56,779 bases of DNA, filler included, from Sphacelaria rigidula (GCA_964200075.2; 7 parts of 7 records of this genome joined end to end with filler, not necessarily neighbours in it); one strand, 5' to 3'; positions 25,330 through 38,739 are shown, numbered from the whole stretch's first letter. Numbers and translations are program-made. The notes: generated by a model not told the origin, from the sequence alone.

Positions 25330-26269
25330 TAAGGAAAACTCAACGTGACTTCAAGGATTTCGCGCGAAGCGCGATCATGGCCGAGCGTTAAAAAATCGGC
25401 ACTCGGCAAAAATCAAGGACCCGTCTGAAATGAGGGGAAGAACTATCACATGGGACATGTCCTGTTTCACCGTGCTGCGGCACAAACATTCTCACGCCCT
25501 CTCTCATGTGCTGTAGCTGTCACTGCGCTGTGGTATGTGCAAGGTGAGATACAAGATTTTCGCGCGAAGTGTGGTCATGGCCGAGCGTTTAAAAATCGGC
25601 ACTCGGCAAAAATCGAGGACCCGTCTGAAGCGAGGGGAAGAACTATCACATGAGACATGTCCTGTTTCACCGTGCTGCAGCACATACTCACGCGCTCTCT
25701 CATGTGTTGTAGCTGTCACTGCGCACTGGTGTGTGCGGACCTTTGGGAAGACGGTTTGGTCTCCGCTGGGGCTGCGTCAGTTGCTTTACTGTCACTGCCT
25801 TCGTCTTTACAGAAAATGAGGAAATTTATGTTTTGCGGCACGCGTTGCTGTCTATACACTACTGTTGTGTGTTGGCTGTTTCATCTTCCGTCAAACGAAC
25901 GTGGTGCTTCCCGCACCCATCATATATATATATATATATATATATGTCACTGTGCTGTTATGCATTCGCACACTGAACGACGAACATGATTTGATGCGCG
26001 CTGGGAAGTGCCTCAACAGTTATACTGCTGCATGCGATGTTTCGGCCTGCACAGAAGTGGGGTGAGGTCTAAGTGCTGTGCACAAAGTTGAACGATCACG
26101 TGACGACTGTTGTGTAGCTGTCTGTTGTGTCTTCTTTGGAACTTCAGCTGTAGTCGGGTGCTGTGATCTGAGAAGACATGGAAGACGGACGCGTGCAGGT
26201 TGGGGCAAACAAACTAAGCCAGCACGGAGCTGCGGTATCCCAAGCGATTGATGGTAGCAGCTCTCTGAC
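25330..26269 (+). repeat. Dispersed ~0.95-kb repeat with an internal ~200-bp tandem duplication, cut off by the Copia insertion
   Basis: Matches the reverse complement of ~38740-39480; similarity stops at 26269, just before the LTR TG. Confidence 0.75.
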
Positions 26270-26270
26270 C

Positions 26271-27412
26271 TGATGTCCTATGTGGAAGTTCTTCCCTTCA
26301 TTTCAGACTGTTGCAAATAATCTAGACGGTACAGTCTACATGCTTTGTGTCTTGAATTGAGTTGTTGCAACAACAGAAAACAGCGGCATAACCTGTTGCG
26401 GTTCAATGAAACTTCGAACAGTGTAGTGCAGTTACATTGTATCTTTGTACGAAGAGTACCTCTTCTGTGTGGATGGGACCTCGAGTAGGATATTGCTACA
26501 GTAGGCGTATGCCATGATTTGTCAATACTCTAGCGAGTATCTAGACCACGTAAGTTGTAGGATATCTTGGGTGGAAGGTTGCAGTTGATCTACACCGGCA
26601 AGGCTACCGCGTCAGTGGTAGAGAGGTTGAATTGAATGATACGGTTAGACCTTACGAACGTGTACAGTGTTTGAGTCTTCTTCCAGGGTTGAGCATGGTT
26701 GTAATCGGTGGTTCCTATCGCCCTTTTCAATCCCTCTCCTCCTCTACCTCCAGCCCTCTGCTTGAGGAAGAGGCTGTGTGTTCTGTTTTTCTTGGCCAAA
26801 TGAAGAGCCCATCAACCATTTCGTCTCACTGATTTCATTCTGCTGCAGAGGCAAGTGGTCTGACAACCACTGTGCACCCTCTGCCACACTACTATATTCG
26901 GGACATTAGTCGGTCTGTTTTGAGAACAGGTAACACGAGATCTTGCAAATTGGGGATGGATCGTTTATTGGGGATGAGAAACCCGGAGAATTGAAATCTT
27001 CGTATCCACACCAAATCTTCGAAATATGGTTCCATTTTTTCACCTACTCACAGCTATTGACAACCGCTACACGCCACAGTAATTTGGATTTCGATCACCG
27101 AAATGTTGGGGTCCTAGGTGAGAAACTAGTTTCAGAACCATTTTGGCGTCCGTTCGGACACCCGGAATTCCCAAAAGTTGATCTTTCACCTAGGATCCCA
27201 ACATCTCGGGGATCGAAATCCAAATTTCTATGGCGTGTAGCAGTTGTCAATAGCTATCAGTAGGTGAAAAAATGGAACGATATTTCGAAGATTTGGTGTA
27301 AATACGAAGATTTTCATTCTCCGGGTTTCTCATCCCCAATAAATGATCCATCCCCAATTTGTAAGATCCCGTGTTAGTACCAAACGCCACGAGCCACACA
27401 TCATTTCCAACA
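26271..27412 (+). repeat. Copia 5' LTR (TG...CA), ~700 bp once the inserted MITE is removed; PBS-like GGTTTTGAACC at 27413-27423
   Basis: Ends TTTCCAACA. The next motif resembles the GGTTATGAGCC internal tRNAi-Met PBS of some copia elements (inference). Start inferred from the break in the host repeat. Confidence 0.65.
26933..27374. mobile_element. Palindromic MITE, copy 2, TA-flanked, inserted in the Copia LTR
   Basis: TA|ACACGAGATCTTGCAAATTGGGGATGGATC...GATCCATCCCCAATTTGTAAGATCCCGTGT|TA; TA TSD suggests Tc1/mariner. Confidence 0.85.
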
Positions 27413-27601
27413 GGTTTTGAACCTTCGATTCGCGACCACGTAGTCCATCAGGTCATCAGCCTTCGATTCGAGACTCCGACGGTCAGCACGAGCGAGGGGA
27501 CGTCACTTCGAGGTCGTCTCAGCAGCGCCAGCCAGGAGACCAAGAAATCAGATGCTCTCATAGGATCTGCAGGTCTGAATAGAAAGTTTTACAAATAAAA
27601 C

Positions 27602-28857
27602 TTGAGGCAGATAAATATATCGGGAGAGCCGTCTGTAACTCAAATCATCAAAAGTATTAAGAAGTTCAATGGTACGAAGTTCGTCGAGTGGACGTGCTCT
27701 ACGCGCGCGATATTTTCCTCAACTCATCCGGGGATCTCTGATATCCTCAACGAGATCGAACGCCCCCCGGAACTTTATGATGAAGATTTTTCTGAGGTAG
27801 ATTACCCACAACCAGCTGCCAGAACGACATCAAGAGCAAGCCCCATTGCGACTCGTTCCAGAAGCCATCACCAGCCGCCCGCTCGTTCGCCGTCACCATC
27901 GGCGGGGGCAACTGCGAGGAGCGAGACGACAGCAGCGGGGGGTGATACTGAAGCCGCTGGTTATCAAGCCCAACCTCCTGTTCGAGAAGTGTCTGGACGT
28001 CCCAGCGTGGACTCAGACGTGAGACAGATTCTGAACACGCGTGAGATACAAACCTGGGACCGGTATAACAAACAGTTGTTCGACGTTTTGTACTTATCGA
28101 CAACTGGTTCAGCGGTAAGTTACCTCTTGCGTTTTCAGCCGGAGGGTTCAGAGAAACCGAACGGCAAAAGTGCGTGGGGAGGTTTGGTAGCCAAGTACCA
28201 AAATTTATCTACGCGAAGACGCCGCTTACTGATGCGACAGCTGGACACCACGATTATGTCACCAGGACAAGACCCGGACGTTTTACTAGCAAAACTGTTC
28301 CAGCTCCGAGACGAGCTCGTGCACATTGGCGAGCCCATCTCCAACGAAAGACTTACTGATATCGTAGTCGAGGGTCTAACCAGCGACTACGACCAAATAA
28401 AACATAACGCAGAACGAGATCCAGACTTGAGCATCGGAGAAATCGAAACTACCCTACGCAACATGTATGCCAATAGACTGGCGAGGAAGGTAACCGCGAG
28501 CAGATCACATGGCCGTGATTCTTCAATGCTGACGGCAGCAATGTCGAACTACTCGAATCAACCCGCGAAATTTCGCGGAAAATGCTTCTCATGCGGGAGA
28601 AGAGGTCACCACGCGCGTGACTGCCGTTTTAGTGGGCAGTCAAACCACCAGGAGAGGTCTGTCAAGTGGTGCATTTTTCACCATACAGACAAACACGACG
28701 ACTCTGAGTGTAGAAACCAACTGAACGACAGGAACGTGAACATCAACACCAGCCACAACAACAAGCATCACCGTCGTAATAACCCCCGTCGTCGCAATAA
28801 CAACAGCAATAACAACAGCATCAGCATCAGCATCAGCATCAGCATCAGCATCAGCAT

Positions 28858-28949
<92 letters not shown>

Positions 28950-29236
28950 GACATCAACGCCAAGCAAACACTGCCATCGCCGATCCAGCTTCAGCGACAG
29001 TACCATCGAATGACCGAGGCGAACATATTTCGGCACCTTCGGCCGAAACTGTGCTTGACTCATGTCAACCACCAAGCGGCGTGGGATTTTCCTTCCTTTC
29101 AGGTTCTCATGTCACTGACAAACACGGTACAGAAAGTCAAATTTCTTTCAAGATGACAGTTGACAATGGCTCCAGCGGACATTTTTGGAAAACCAGCTAT
29201 TGCCGAATATCGAACGTGAAGTGGTTGACTACGTGA
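27602..29236 (+). pseudogene. Copia gag-protease ORF remnant with zinc knuckle and in-frame microsatellite
   Basis: KKFNGTKFVEW N-terminal gag motif, CFSCGRRGHHARDC knuckle, protease motif near the end followed by a frameshift. Confidence 0.85.
28800..28947 (+). repeat. Compound microsatellite (AGCATC)n(AGC)n(AAC)n inside gag
   Basis: Seen directly; translates as (SI)n, poly-S, poly-N. Confidence 0.95.
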
Positions 29237-30208
29237 AGCTCGATCCACCCATGAGTATCCTTACTGCTGGACGTCATCTACTATACGGCACGGGAAGAGG
29301 CGTTCTCACCACTGTCGTCACTGATTCCCAAGGGATCGAGCGTACTGTTCGGCTCCCTGGAGTAATTGTTCCAGGTCTCGGGAAACATTTGTTCTCGCCT
29401 ATTGAAGCTCATACGAAAGGCATATCGACAACGTTTTGCAGGAACTCTCATGTAGACCTTGAAACCTTCAAAGCGCTTATCAACACATAGATCTTAGCGG
29501 AACACTTCTGTACATCCACTTGAAGATTTCTCTGAAACCAGGGATCAAGAACTACAGCTCAGCACTGATGGCCACAACTATGTCAGGGGACCTTCTGGGC
29601 ATCGGCACTGTTCATGTAGCAGAGACAGTTAGTTCAAGATAGGGCCGACGATTCAACAGTTCTGTTCACCACGGTGGGAGCAGACTTATGGCACAAGCCA
29701 CTCCGACATCCCACCAAACAGGCCATGGGACGTCTTCAGAATACCCCCCAAACAGGGGTGAAGTTTAAAGGGTCACTATCGCCTTGTGAAACCTACAAAA
29801 TAAATAAGAGCGTACAGCAGGGTCATATCAAACGTGTAGACTCCACCGATGTTTCGGAGCGATTACAACTGGTCAGCACCGATCTGTCAGGACCCATTGC
29901 ACCCGCTGCAATGGGAGGCTATAGGTACATGGCAAAATTTACGGATTATCACACGCGGTTCAAGGTGGTGTACTTTAGAACGACACAGGACGAAACTGTC
30001 ACTACGCTCTGCCGGTTCATCCAAGATCTGGCTTTTCCTTTAGGGCTTGGCGTACACCGCCTACGGTCTACCCGCAGGGGTGAATACATTGCGGACTACT
30101 TCAGAAGATACTGAAAAACAACAGGTATTCTTCAAGAATGTAATGCCCCATACACCCCTCAACAAAATGGCATTTCTGAGCGAGACGGAAGAACTATCCT
30201 GAATATTA

Positions 30209-31238
30209 GAGAGTTTCGGAAAAAGTTTTTTCAAATCTTAGAGTCAGAGTGGCAGGAAAAATAGCCGGGAACGGTGCACTTTCCGCTTTGAAGTTTTCTT
30301 CAGAGCGATGTTTTCAGAGTCAGGGTGCCGTTTGCACCACTTCACTCTGAAAACCGTTGTTCCTCTTCAGAGCTCACAGCGGAATGAAAAAGAACCACGC
30401 CCACCTTCACCGCCATGGCCACGTCCAGTCCAAAGTCAATACACCCTAACCAGCAAAGTGGGACATTCATCGTCCATCAAAACTGCCATACTCATCACAA
30501 TGGGCCATTCACGAAGTAGAAAAGCTTAGCATCGCACTCAGAAGACTTCCCTGACGCCGCCATGGTATCAGCATTCGCTTGGTTGTGTCGCGTGAATATT
30601 CGAATGCTCGACGGGTACAAGTTGACTTGAGTGCACAGCTCCTCACTCTTGCCAGCCTCAGCTGGAAGAAGACGCTTCTTGCACGACCGTTATGGGTAGC
30701 ATGTAGAGAAATCATCGCAGTGCGGCCGAGGTCTGCTGTTTGAAGGTGCTGCGTACTGTACTATCTGTACTTTGTTGTTTGCATAACTGACTCTCTGTAC
30801 AGTATCGCTGTACAGTATAATAGTTCACAACATCGCAATGCACTGACTGTTGTAGGGTTCTGTATTGCACTCTCTGTACTGCAATGTACTCCACGCTGCT
30901 CAGAACTATAGCACTACAGCACTACAGTGTCCTGTAGCGCGTCGTAGTGGATTGAAGTACTGCAGGTGCATTGAAAAAGCGTACAGGGTGTGGTGCGTAC
31001 GGTGCCGCAGTGTACGGTACAGTCAGTGTTGTGGTGGCCTACGCACTTCTGAAGTGGGCGCTAGTCGATCATACATTTGGCGGGGCAACCTGCGGCCGAT
31101 CACTGCGACATAACAAAATCACGTCAAGCCACGTCACATCAGCTTCCGCTTTGAACTTTTTAATGTCCACTTCGAAGTTTCGAAGCTTCCACTCTGCACT
31201 CTGACTCTATGATAAAAAAAAAATCTTCCGAAACTCTC
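30209..31238. mobile_element. Non-autonomous TIR element (1030 bp) inserted in the Copia integrase
   Basis: GAGAGTTTCGGAA...TTCCGAAACTCTC termini, ~45-bp imperfect TIR, TATTA on both sides; removing it restores ERDGRTILNITRCLLNEANLP. Confidence 0.88.
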
Positions 31239-32404
31239 TATTACGCGCTGCCTCCTGAATGAAGCGAATTTGCCGAAGACTCTCTAGGGGGAGATTGCGG
31301 GAAGTGCGGTCTCCTTGATCAACCACTTGCCGCACACTGGCATCGGAGGAGACACCCCATACTATCGGATGTTTCTCGAACAACTGAAACAACTGTCGTT
31401 TTTGAGAACCATCGGCTCAAGAGCGTTCGTGCACAGGGAGCGCCATCAGAGTAAATTAGAGGGAAAAGCTTGGGGAGAAGTATTAACAGGATATGATTTT
31501 GATAGTTCATCTTACCGTGTCTACGACCGCTACTCCAGGAGGATATCGAGCTCCCGTAATATCACCTTTATTGAGCAAGTAGTCGGAACTCCTCACAGTG
31601 AAGAAGATTGTTCTGCACCGGGCATCCTAGGGATCGACGATTTCGAAGATGGTCATCAACAACACGACGAGACCAACAACGTCAACATCAACATTTACGA
31701 TGGAATCGCCCAGCTCGAAGATAACATCGTCATCGATACTTCACCAATCAAAGGTCAGCTAACCACTCCAATGAACTTACGTTCGTCTGGCGGTGTTAAA
31801 CACTCCACATCTGCACCGACTAATCAACGCTAAGTCATACAACTGCGTCGACTAGCTCTTACATCCACAGAGCTCTTGCATACCACTATGACACTCGAAA
31901 CGGTATGCCAGTACATCGGAGCTGTTGGCATCGAACAAGTTGTGCCACCCGCGTCCATTTCGGTTCCTGTTAATTATCGCCAAGCATCTTGTTCACCTTA
32001 TGCAAGAACATGGAGGGCAGCAATGCTGGACGAACTTCAAAGCATTAAAGATCATCAGGTGGCCGACATCATCCCTGCTGGATCATACATCCTAACAACA
32101 ACATCGTCGGCACGAGATGGGTGTTCAAGGTCAAAGCCGACGGACGATTTAAAGCTCGACTGGTGGTCCAAGGGTGGCCTTAGAGGCATGGGCTCGACTG
32201 CGGAAGTACCTTCGCCCTTGTTTGCGGCTAGAAAGCCAGCGATTGCTACCGGCAACTGCCACCGCAAAAAACTGGCCCATTTTAGCCCTGGACGTCTAAA
32301 CAGCATTTCTCAACGGGAAGCTTCAAGAAACAACAACAAATTGTGAGAATTGAGGTTTAACTTCGAGATGAGGCTCAAGCCTAAAACAGTGCTTTCCCCA
32401 CACT

Positions 32405-32504
32405 NNNNNNNNNNNNNNNNNNNNNNNNNNNNNNNNNNNNNNNNNNNNTTAATTAATTAANNNNNNNNNNNNNNNNNNNNNNNNNNNNNNNNNNNNNNNN
32501 NNNN
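32405..32504. other. Artificial contig-joining spacer
   Basis: N44-TTAATTAATTAA-N44. Confidence 0.97.
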
Positions 32505-32832
32505 GGTGGACAACAGGAGGTGTGGCGCAAAGTCCGGAAGTTTGGTGCGGGAGGGCCCGAGAACGGGGGCGGGTGGGGGGGGGGGGGGGGGCATTACTCG
32601 TGTTATGTGCGTGTATTGTCTTTCGCAGTAGATGGCATATTCGATACTGTGCGTAGTTCACTTTCAACTGTCTTGCTCTCTACGGTATCTTACCTCCTTT
32701 TAGGCTTGCTGCCTGTGTGTCCATGTGTTTATGTTTTCTTGATTTCTTGTATTACAGTCCTTTTTTTTCCCAATGCTTTGTTGTTTTCCTCGGTGTCCTT
32801 GTCGGTGGTGATGGTTATGGTGTTTTCAACAG

Positions 32833-32955
32833 GTGCTGGCATGGCAAGCCGTGAGCCTTGCACCCAGACGAGAGTTTCCCCTCCCAGAGACGCCAAGAAC
32901 GATCGCTCTCGTACCGGCAGACCCTGACGCACCCAGCACCTCTTCAGGACCGAAG
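32833..32955 (+). CDS. CNH-domain Vps39/Vam6 (or Vps3/TGFBRAP1)-like protein, exon (VLAWQAVSLAPRREFPLPETPRTIAL...GPK)
   Basis: CAG/GTGTGT boundaries, 123 nt, phase 0-0; REFxLPxxPxxxA pattern resembles Vps39-family CNH. Confidence 0.7.
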
Positions 32956-33370
32956 GTGTGTTTTACATCTCGGTAGTCAGCTTGAAATAGGGGGGGCACA
33001 GCGACCAGCAGAATCATGCGCTTTATTGCTGCAGACGGCTTATTGCCTGAAAGTGCATGAGACAAAAAAGTGTAGCCGGCAGAAAACACCCGCCGTGTTT
33101 CTAATTCCACCTCGTCAGGTGCTGGCTTATGGCGCGTCTACGATTTTATTCATTCATACTTTGAATGAATTTATTACTTACATTCCATGACTTCATGTGT
33201 TCATGACGTGATGACGTACCGTATGTTTAACGTTACCCAAGCCTTCACTCATGCGAATTGTTCAACCAAAGCGAGGGATTCTATTTTTATTTTATTTCCT
33301 GTCTTCAGTGATCGATCTACGATCGACACGTGGTAACTTGGCTCCCGAGAAGCTCATGTACTTTCTTCCG

Positions 33371-33433
33371 TACATACATACATACATACATACATACATA
33401 CATACATACATACATACATACATACACACATAC
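33371..33433 (+). repeat. (TACA)n microsatellite
   Basis: Seen directly. Confidence 0.95.
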
Positions 33434-33657
33434 ATTTATGTTTCCCTTCACACACACCTTTCGGCACACAACCATCTTCACCGTAGATAACGGGCAGGGC
33501 CACACAGGTGACCGCCATTTTTTTGTGAAGGATCGGCCCGCGGAATGATACTCACCAGTTATCTCACACGCTGTACGAGCCAAAGCGTTTATTTTTTCGC
33601 GTGGTGCAATTGTATTATTTCAACGCTGTTTTCTCGTTAAAATCGATTGTTTCGCAG

Positions 33658-33767
33658 CTGGTGCTATCTCTACGTAAAGAGTACACGGTCATGGACGTCG
33701 CGACAGGGGCGCTTACTCCGGCTCTGCTCTTGACCGACCGCGATCATTTGGACTCTGTCGCGTCCAG
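33658..33767 (+). CDS. Vps39/Vam6-like exon (LVLSLRKEYTVMDVATGALTPALLLTDRDHLDSVAS)
   Basis: CAG acceptor, GTGAGT donor; RKEYxxxDxxTG pattern typical of this CNH family. Confidence 0.72.
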
Positions 33768-34623
33768 GTGAGTCATTCTCCGTTACTGTGGATATTCGCT
33801 GTATGGGAACTTCACGAACGCTGACACATGCATGTTGCAGATTCGTTTGGTTAGCTGTAGGTTGTCGTTATTCAGTGCCGTCGATGGTTACTGTATTGAA
33901 ACTCTGCTCAAGGTAAATATTTGATTGTCGATATTTTTTTTGTAGGGCTGTCATGCTCACTAGCCGTGGATACTGGCTGTATTGAGACTGCAAATAGCTT
34001 TTACTGGCTCGCAATTTGTTCTTGTCGGCTTGTCATATGATGGCAGTGACCATAAGACTGAAGTTTACCGTTTCGGTTTAGATATTTTCCGGGTCACACG
34101 AACAGGGTGGGTTTCAGATGCTTGTTGAAAACCTACAAGGTGGGGCTTTCGATCGCACCCACGTTTTTTTACGGGTTTGACGTGAATAGCACGTGGTGGC
34201 GTGGTGACGAGCACTGCAGAAGATTCTTCACGGAAGAAAACACCCTGATATGTAGACAGCAACGCCGAACCCACCGAAAACGATTGACGCAATGGAAACC
34301 TAGTCGTATTTCAGACTGTCAGCGGTGGGGCGCATCCCCCGACGTCCGTCTCTGGCGCTTGAAATTCACAGTACCGCTTGTCAGAAATTCAATGTTCGAC
34401 GCAACCCATTGCATGGCACAAACGTTTTCGGTTAACATAAGCCCATCGCACGAAGACCATGTCGCGGTTGATGCTGCAATCAACAGTGCGACATAGTATG
34501 GAGAGTGTCGGAGCCTACATATGCTGCGTACTGCGTGCGACGGAAGCGAAAACTCCCGAGGTTCATCCTGAAAAAAAAAGAAAAGTTTCAAGAGCCTCAG
34601 TACAGTGAGCATCGGAATACGAC

Positions 34624-34763
34624 TATTCCACGCCCTGGACAATACAATATGTTCTAAATATATCTTAGTCGATCATATTGGAATATTCCGGTATATTACC
34701 GGCGTAATATACCTTGGTACCCTTGGGCTGCACTGGTGTTGCGCGCCCAACCGTATTGCCCGC

Positions 34764-34797
<34 letters not shown>

Positions 34798-34997
34798 TAC
34801 CGTGGGATTGCACACATATTGCTTCATCAATATATATTGGGGCAGTGTGGGTGACGACATATTGCACGACCGATGCATATTAGGGTCTATTTCTCGTGCC
34901 ATCATATTGCTCGCCCAATATATGTTGACCACCCGACGCGTCGACATATTGAGCGTCCAATATATACTACATATTTTAACGTCCAGGGCGTGGAATA
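34624..34997. mobile_element. MITE with TATTCCACGCCCTGGAC TIRs, intronic
   Basis: 17-bp perfect inverted termini at 34624-34640 and 34981-34997. Confidence 0.7.
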
Positions 34998-36751
34998 TTC
35001 TCGAAAACAAAATGCAGATACACTTTCCGGCCGTGATGTGTGGCCTCGCTCATCCTGGAAAAAAATCCACCCGCAACTTGTAAACTCCCGTGTAAAAAAC
35101 AGGGGATTCTGATGAAACAGAACTGTGCTTTTTACGGGAATGAACGGAGGTCGGAATTGTTCGGCATATACACGGGATTTTTCAAACTGCGGATATATTA
35201 TTTCAAGAATGAGCGGGGCCACGCATCACGACCACAGAGTGCCTTTGCATATTTTTTTTCAGTGCTTACGAAGGTTCCCAAGAGTAGTCCCCAATGAGAA
35301 ATCTATCCTTCAGTGGTAAGATCCCGTCTCAAATCTGGCTGCAGATCCATGGTTCGAACGCGTACACTTGATCGCGAAACCGCTGCTTTTTTATTTGGAT
35401 CACGGATATGTTCGAATGACTCCCCCAAGACGCTTCATACAGGAAAAACTGTCCTGATAACCTTGGCACTTAAGAAAACTCTTGTGCCGTTTGCCGACGC
35501 GATCGACATGAGTCGGTGAATCTTCGAGGGTGGGAGTGCAAGTGACGGAAGTACCGACGGGGAGGGCGTAAGTGATGAAGTTTCGATCGGGCTGCTAAAA
35601 TCAGTCTCTGGACTGCTGCCACCATGACTCAGTGCCATAGGTGCTAACCGTATCGTTGTAGTGCTGCTTCCTCGATCGCCACTGGATTAAAGTAGAACCT
35701 GGCGCGTGCGGAGTTTTTCTTTTTTCTTCAGTCAAATTAGCACTTCGAGTGAAAACAGGTGGGAGAAGCTACGTCGGACAAGTCATATACCCTGGAATGT
35801 ACTATTGAAGATGGTCATCACCAGCCGTACGCAGTATAGTACCCCCTGAGAAGCACTACCGAGCGCCACGTGTTCCGCATTGTTGGCACCGTGCCGGTCC
35901 CTCCATTACTGTATCGGCTTGCGAGGTATATATCACCTGCACCTACCTCAATACCACCCCCTAGTGATGCGTTTTTGAGTCTGGAGACTCATCACGCGGG
36001 GTCCTTTGCACCGTCTGACGCGATATATATATATATATATACATATAAACAAGGTTCCCCTTCGCGAGGTTGGTACGGGCCTCCCGGGGGTGACGCAAGT
36101 CGAAAATATATTGTCAAGAGAAGCTGTTGTACCTCAATGTATAGTAGTGATCGTTGCTGTACAAAACATCGCATGTTTTATCGGATGTGGTTCGGAAATA
36201 TGGGAATTCGGACGGAGGCCGACGCCGGAACCGCCGGCGTTGGACATGTGTTGTATTTCCGAGGTGCCAGAGTGCGAAGTAGCTCTCGTGCCACAAAGAT
36301 ATGACAGCGGGAGGCACTCCCGAAAAATTGGAATGCGTGGAACATTCTTGGCATGTTCTTTGTACATCACGGTGGCTTCCACATCACCGGGCCTTTTTTT
36401 TCAAATGGGGTGATTGTTTTTGCGGCAAAACATTCCTGTGCTGTCGTGTTGCTGTGCCTTGTTCAACTCGCCAACGGCTCATCGCACGATCTTGTGTTTG
36501 CTGCTGACTAAGGCCAAGGCAGTGTCCAGTTGTTGTCAACTGGCTTGCCCTCATATTCTCATGACATTGACGGCATAACCGGTGTGTTCGTGCTCCCAAA
36601 TGAACGAGGACGCGGCAACGAGAAAACGGGGAAAATATACCCCGCCAGAAGTAATCATGTTTGAAGATTTCCATGATCTTGATTCGTACTGTACCCCGAA
36701 CTCTCCCCCTGCCTGTTTGTCTCGTTCACTACTGTCGCGTTTCTCTGTCAG

Positions 36752-36850
36752 TTCGTCCGGGATTTCGGGCATGGGTGCGTCGTCCACTCACGGTATAATA
36801 CTACCTGTGCCAAAGTCACCTGCACGTGGCTCGAGAGTGCTGCTGTCCAG
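36752..36850 (+). CDS. Vps39/Vam6-like exon (SSGISGMGASSTHGIILPVPKSPARGSRVLLS)
   Basis: Polypyrimidine tract + CAG, GTGAGA donor; phase 2-2 fits both neighbouring exons. Confidence 0.65.
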
Positions 36851-38739
36851 GTGAGAGACAGAGACAGAGAGACAGAGACAGAGAGACAGAATGCAAACAT
36901 CATGAACAAACTTGGTGTGAGGAGCGCAAATAGAATTGATTCAGTTGATTCGTTGTACAGCATTGTATGTTTGTAGAGTACCGATGGGCAGGTATGTTCT
37001 CGCTGTTGATTATTTCCCATCAGGTACATTTGCTCTGAAAAAATGAGCTGATCGCATCATCAAAACCGTGGTTATCCCTACCGCGCGCGTGTTTTCTTGA
37101 TCCCTCCAGAGCCATACACCAGAATCCGGACATACGGTACCGTAACCTACGGCGGATATCACCGGGGGTGATGAAAAGACCCCGCACAATAATGAAAATC
37201 CACTTACCAAAAGATTAGGAGCAGATTTTTCCAACGGCACATGGTTTGACGGTTTGGCCGCAGGACTTGCTGTCCTAGAGAACGTTGGGGTTGTGTTCAG
37301 TATCACGTCGGGTGATGTACACCGTGCCCTGCGGTATGCGTCAAGATTTATATATCCACCTGTCCATATCAAAGCCTCTGTCTGTATCTATTCGTACGAA
37401 AGTACTGAAGAGAAGATACCGCAAAACGCCGAAACCTAGCTCGTGCAGTATTGTAGGTCATCACTCGAGTATCGTATGATGCACCCTGAACAAGAAAGCA
37501 GCATTGGCAAAGAAATGCACTGGGTACAGTATCGAATCTAGTGCCTGTTGTAAATGGACGAAAATATGCGATTCTGCAAGCAGTACATTTTTTGCCAATG
37601 CGATTTATTGTCGTTTCTAGGCTGTGCGTTGAAATAAACATATATTAGTGTAAAACACAAATGTTGACGTCCGGGTCGCGCAGGATCAGGATTGTTGGGT
37701 GCCAATACTCTGTTTTTTGGTAGAATCCATCACGAGTGGTGGAGTGACAACGCGTACCAGTTCTTACTGGTGTGCCTAGAAGCTGTGTGTCCGTTGTGTA
37801 CTCATGCATGTGCATGAGTTGTCCACCGCGCCACGGTGGGGTAATGATCCGACTGTCACCAGCAGGGTGGAGATAACGAGGGTTCGATTCCCGATGTGTT
37901 GGTTTCTTTCTTCGAAGCATCTGATTTTCACCGTCGGAAGCGTGAGTACGTGATTGAACAAAAAGATATTTCACTGAGTTTGTTTGACGAGAATTGATGC
38001 GGTGCGAGAGTGCTGCCTCAATCCACGAGGTCAAAATGCAAGTCGTGTGCCGGCAGGGGGGGGCGTACTCATTCGTTGCTTGCCTTAGTCGTTTGACCAT
38101 TGACCACGCATCCCTTTAGAGACGGAGCACCGTTCCTACTCCTAACAGGAACACCTCCATAAATCCGGCGCTCGTTACGTTTCTTCCATAGCTCATTCGT
38201 GTACCGGGGAGAGATGAGTTGATCCCGTGATACCACGGACTCGTCTCGAGGCAGTGGAGGGGTTTCAAAGTGCGACAAACGAAAAACAAGAAGTTAATGA
38301 CCACTAAACATCAAATATCATCAGTAGTAGCCTTAGCCTATCCTGTATACTGTGTCAATACCACCTTTGGCGGACGTGATGAGTTCGAATCCCGACAGCA
38401 GTTTCTCCATTTCTGGTTGCCGTTGCCCGAAAGCGTGAAAACGTTAATTGGCGTAAGTGACTTGATTACGACGATGGTCGACAGACGGCGAGGTTGCCGA
38501 TCCGATGCGCGAAAATATTTTGATTCATTTTGAGTTACCTCTATCTGTGGGAGGTGACCCAATTTTCGACACAGGACCCACAGATGGGGGCAAGAATCTT
38601 GACTGGCACGGTTTTCCGACCAATCAGAGCCTCCCAATATTCCAAAATGCGGCGACCTTTCTTCAATCAGATGAGAAAATCGAGTGGAAATTGAGTGGTC
38701 AAGTAGCTGTGGTTGGCCCACACATTGCGCTGCTGCCAG

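Larger units (their letters stand above)
26271..32325 (+). mobile_element. Ty1/Copia LTR retrotransposon, decayed, 3'-incomplete
   Basis: Order gag (CCHC) - protease (TVDNGSSGHF) - integrase (LWHK..HP, STDLSGP, PQQNGISERDGRT) - RT (RWVFKVKADGRFKARLVVQG, LDVxTAFLNG); many stops and frameshifts. Confidence 0.92.

Noticed and set aside
28640..29075. Poly-V/A/D and poly-C ORFs
   Set aside because: Reverse-strand readings of the microsatellite
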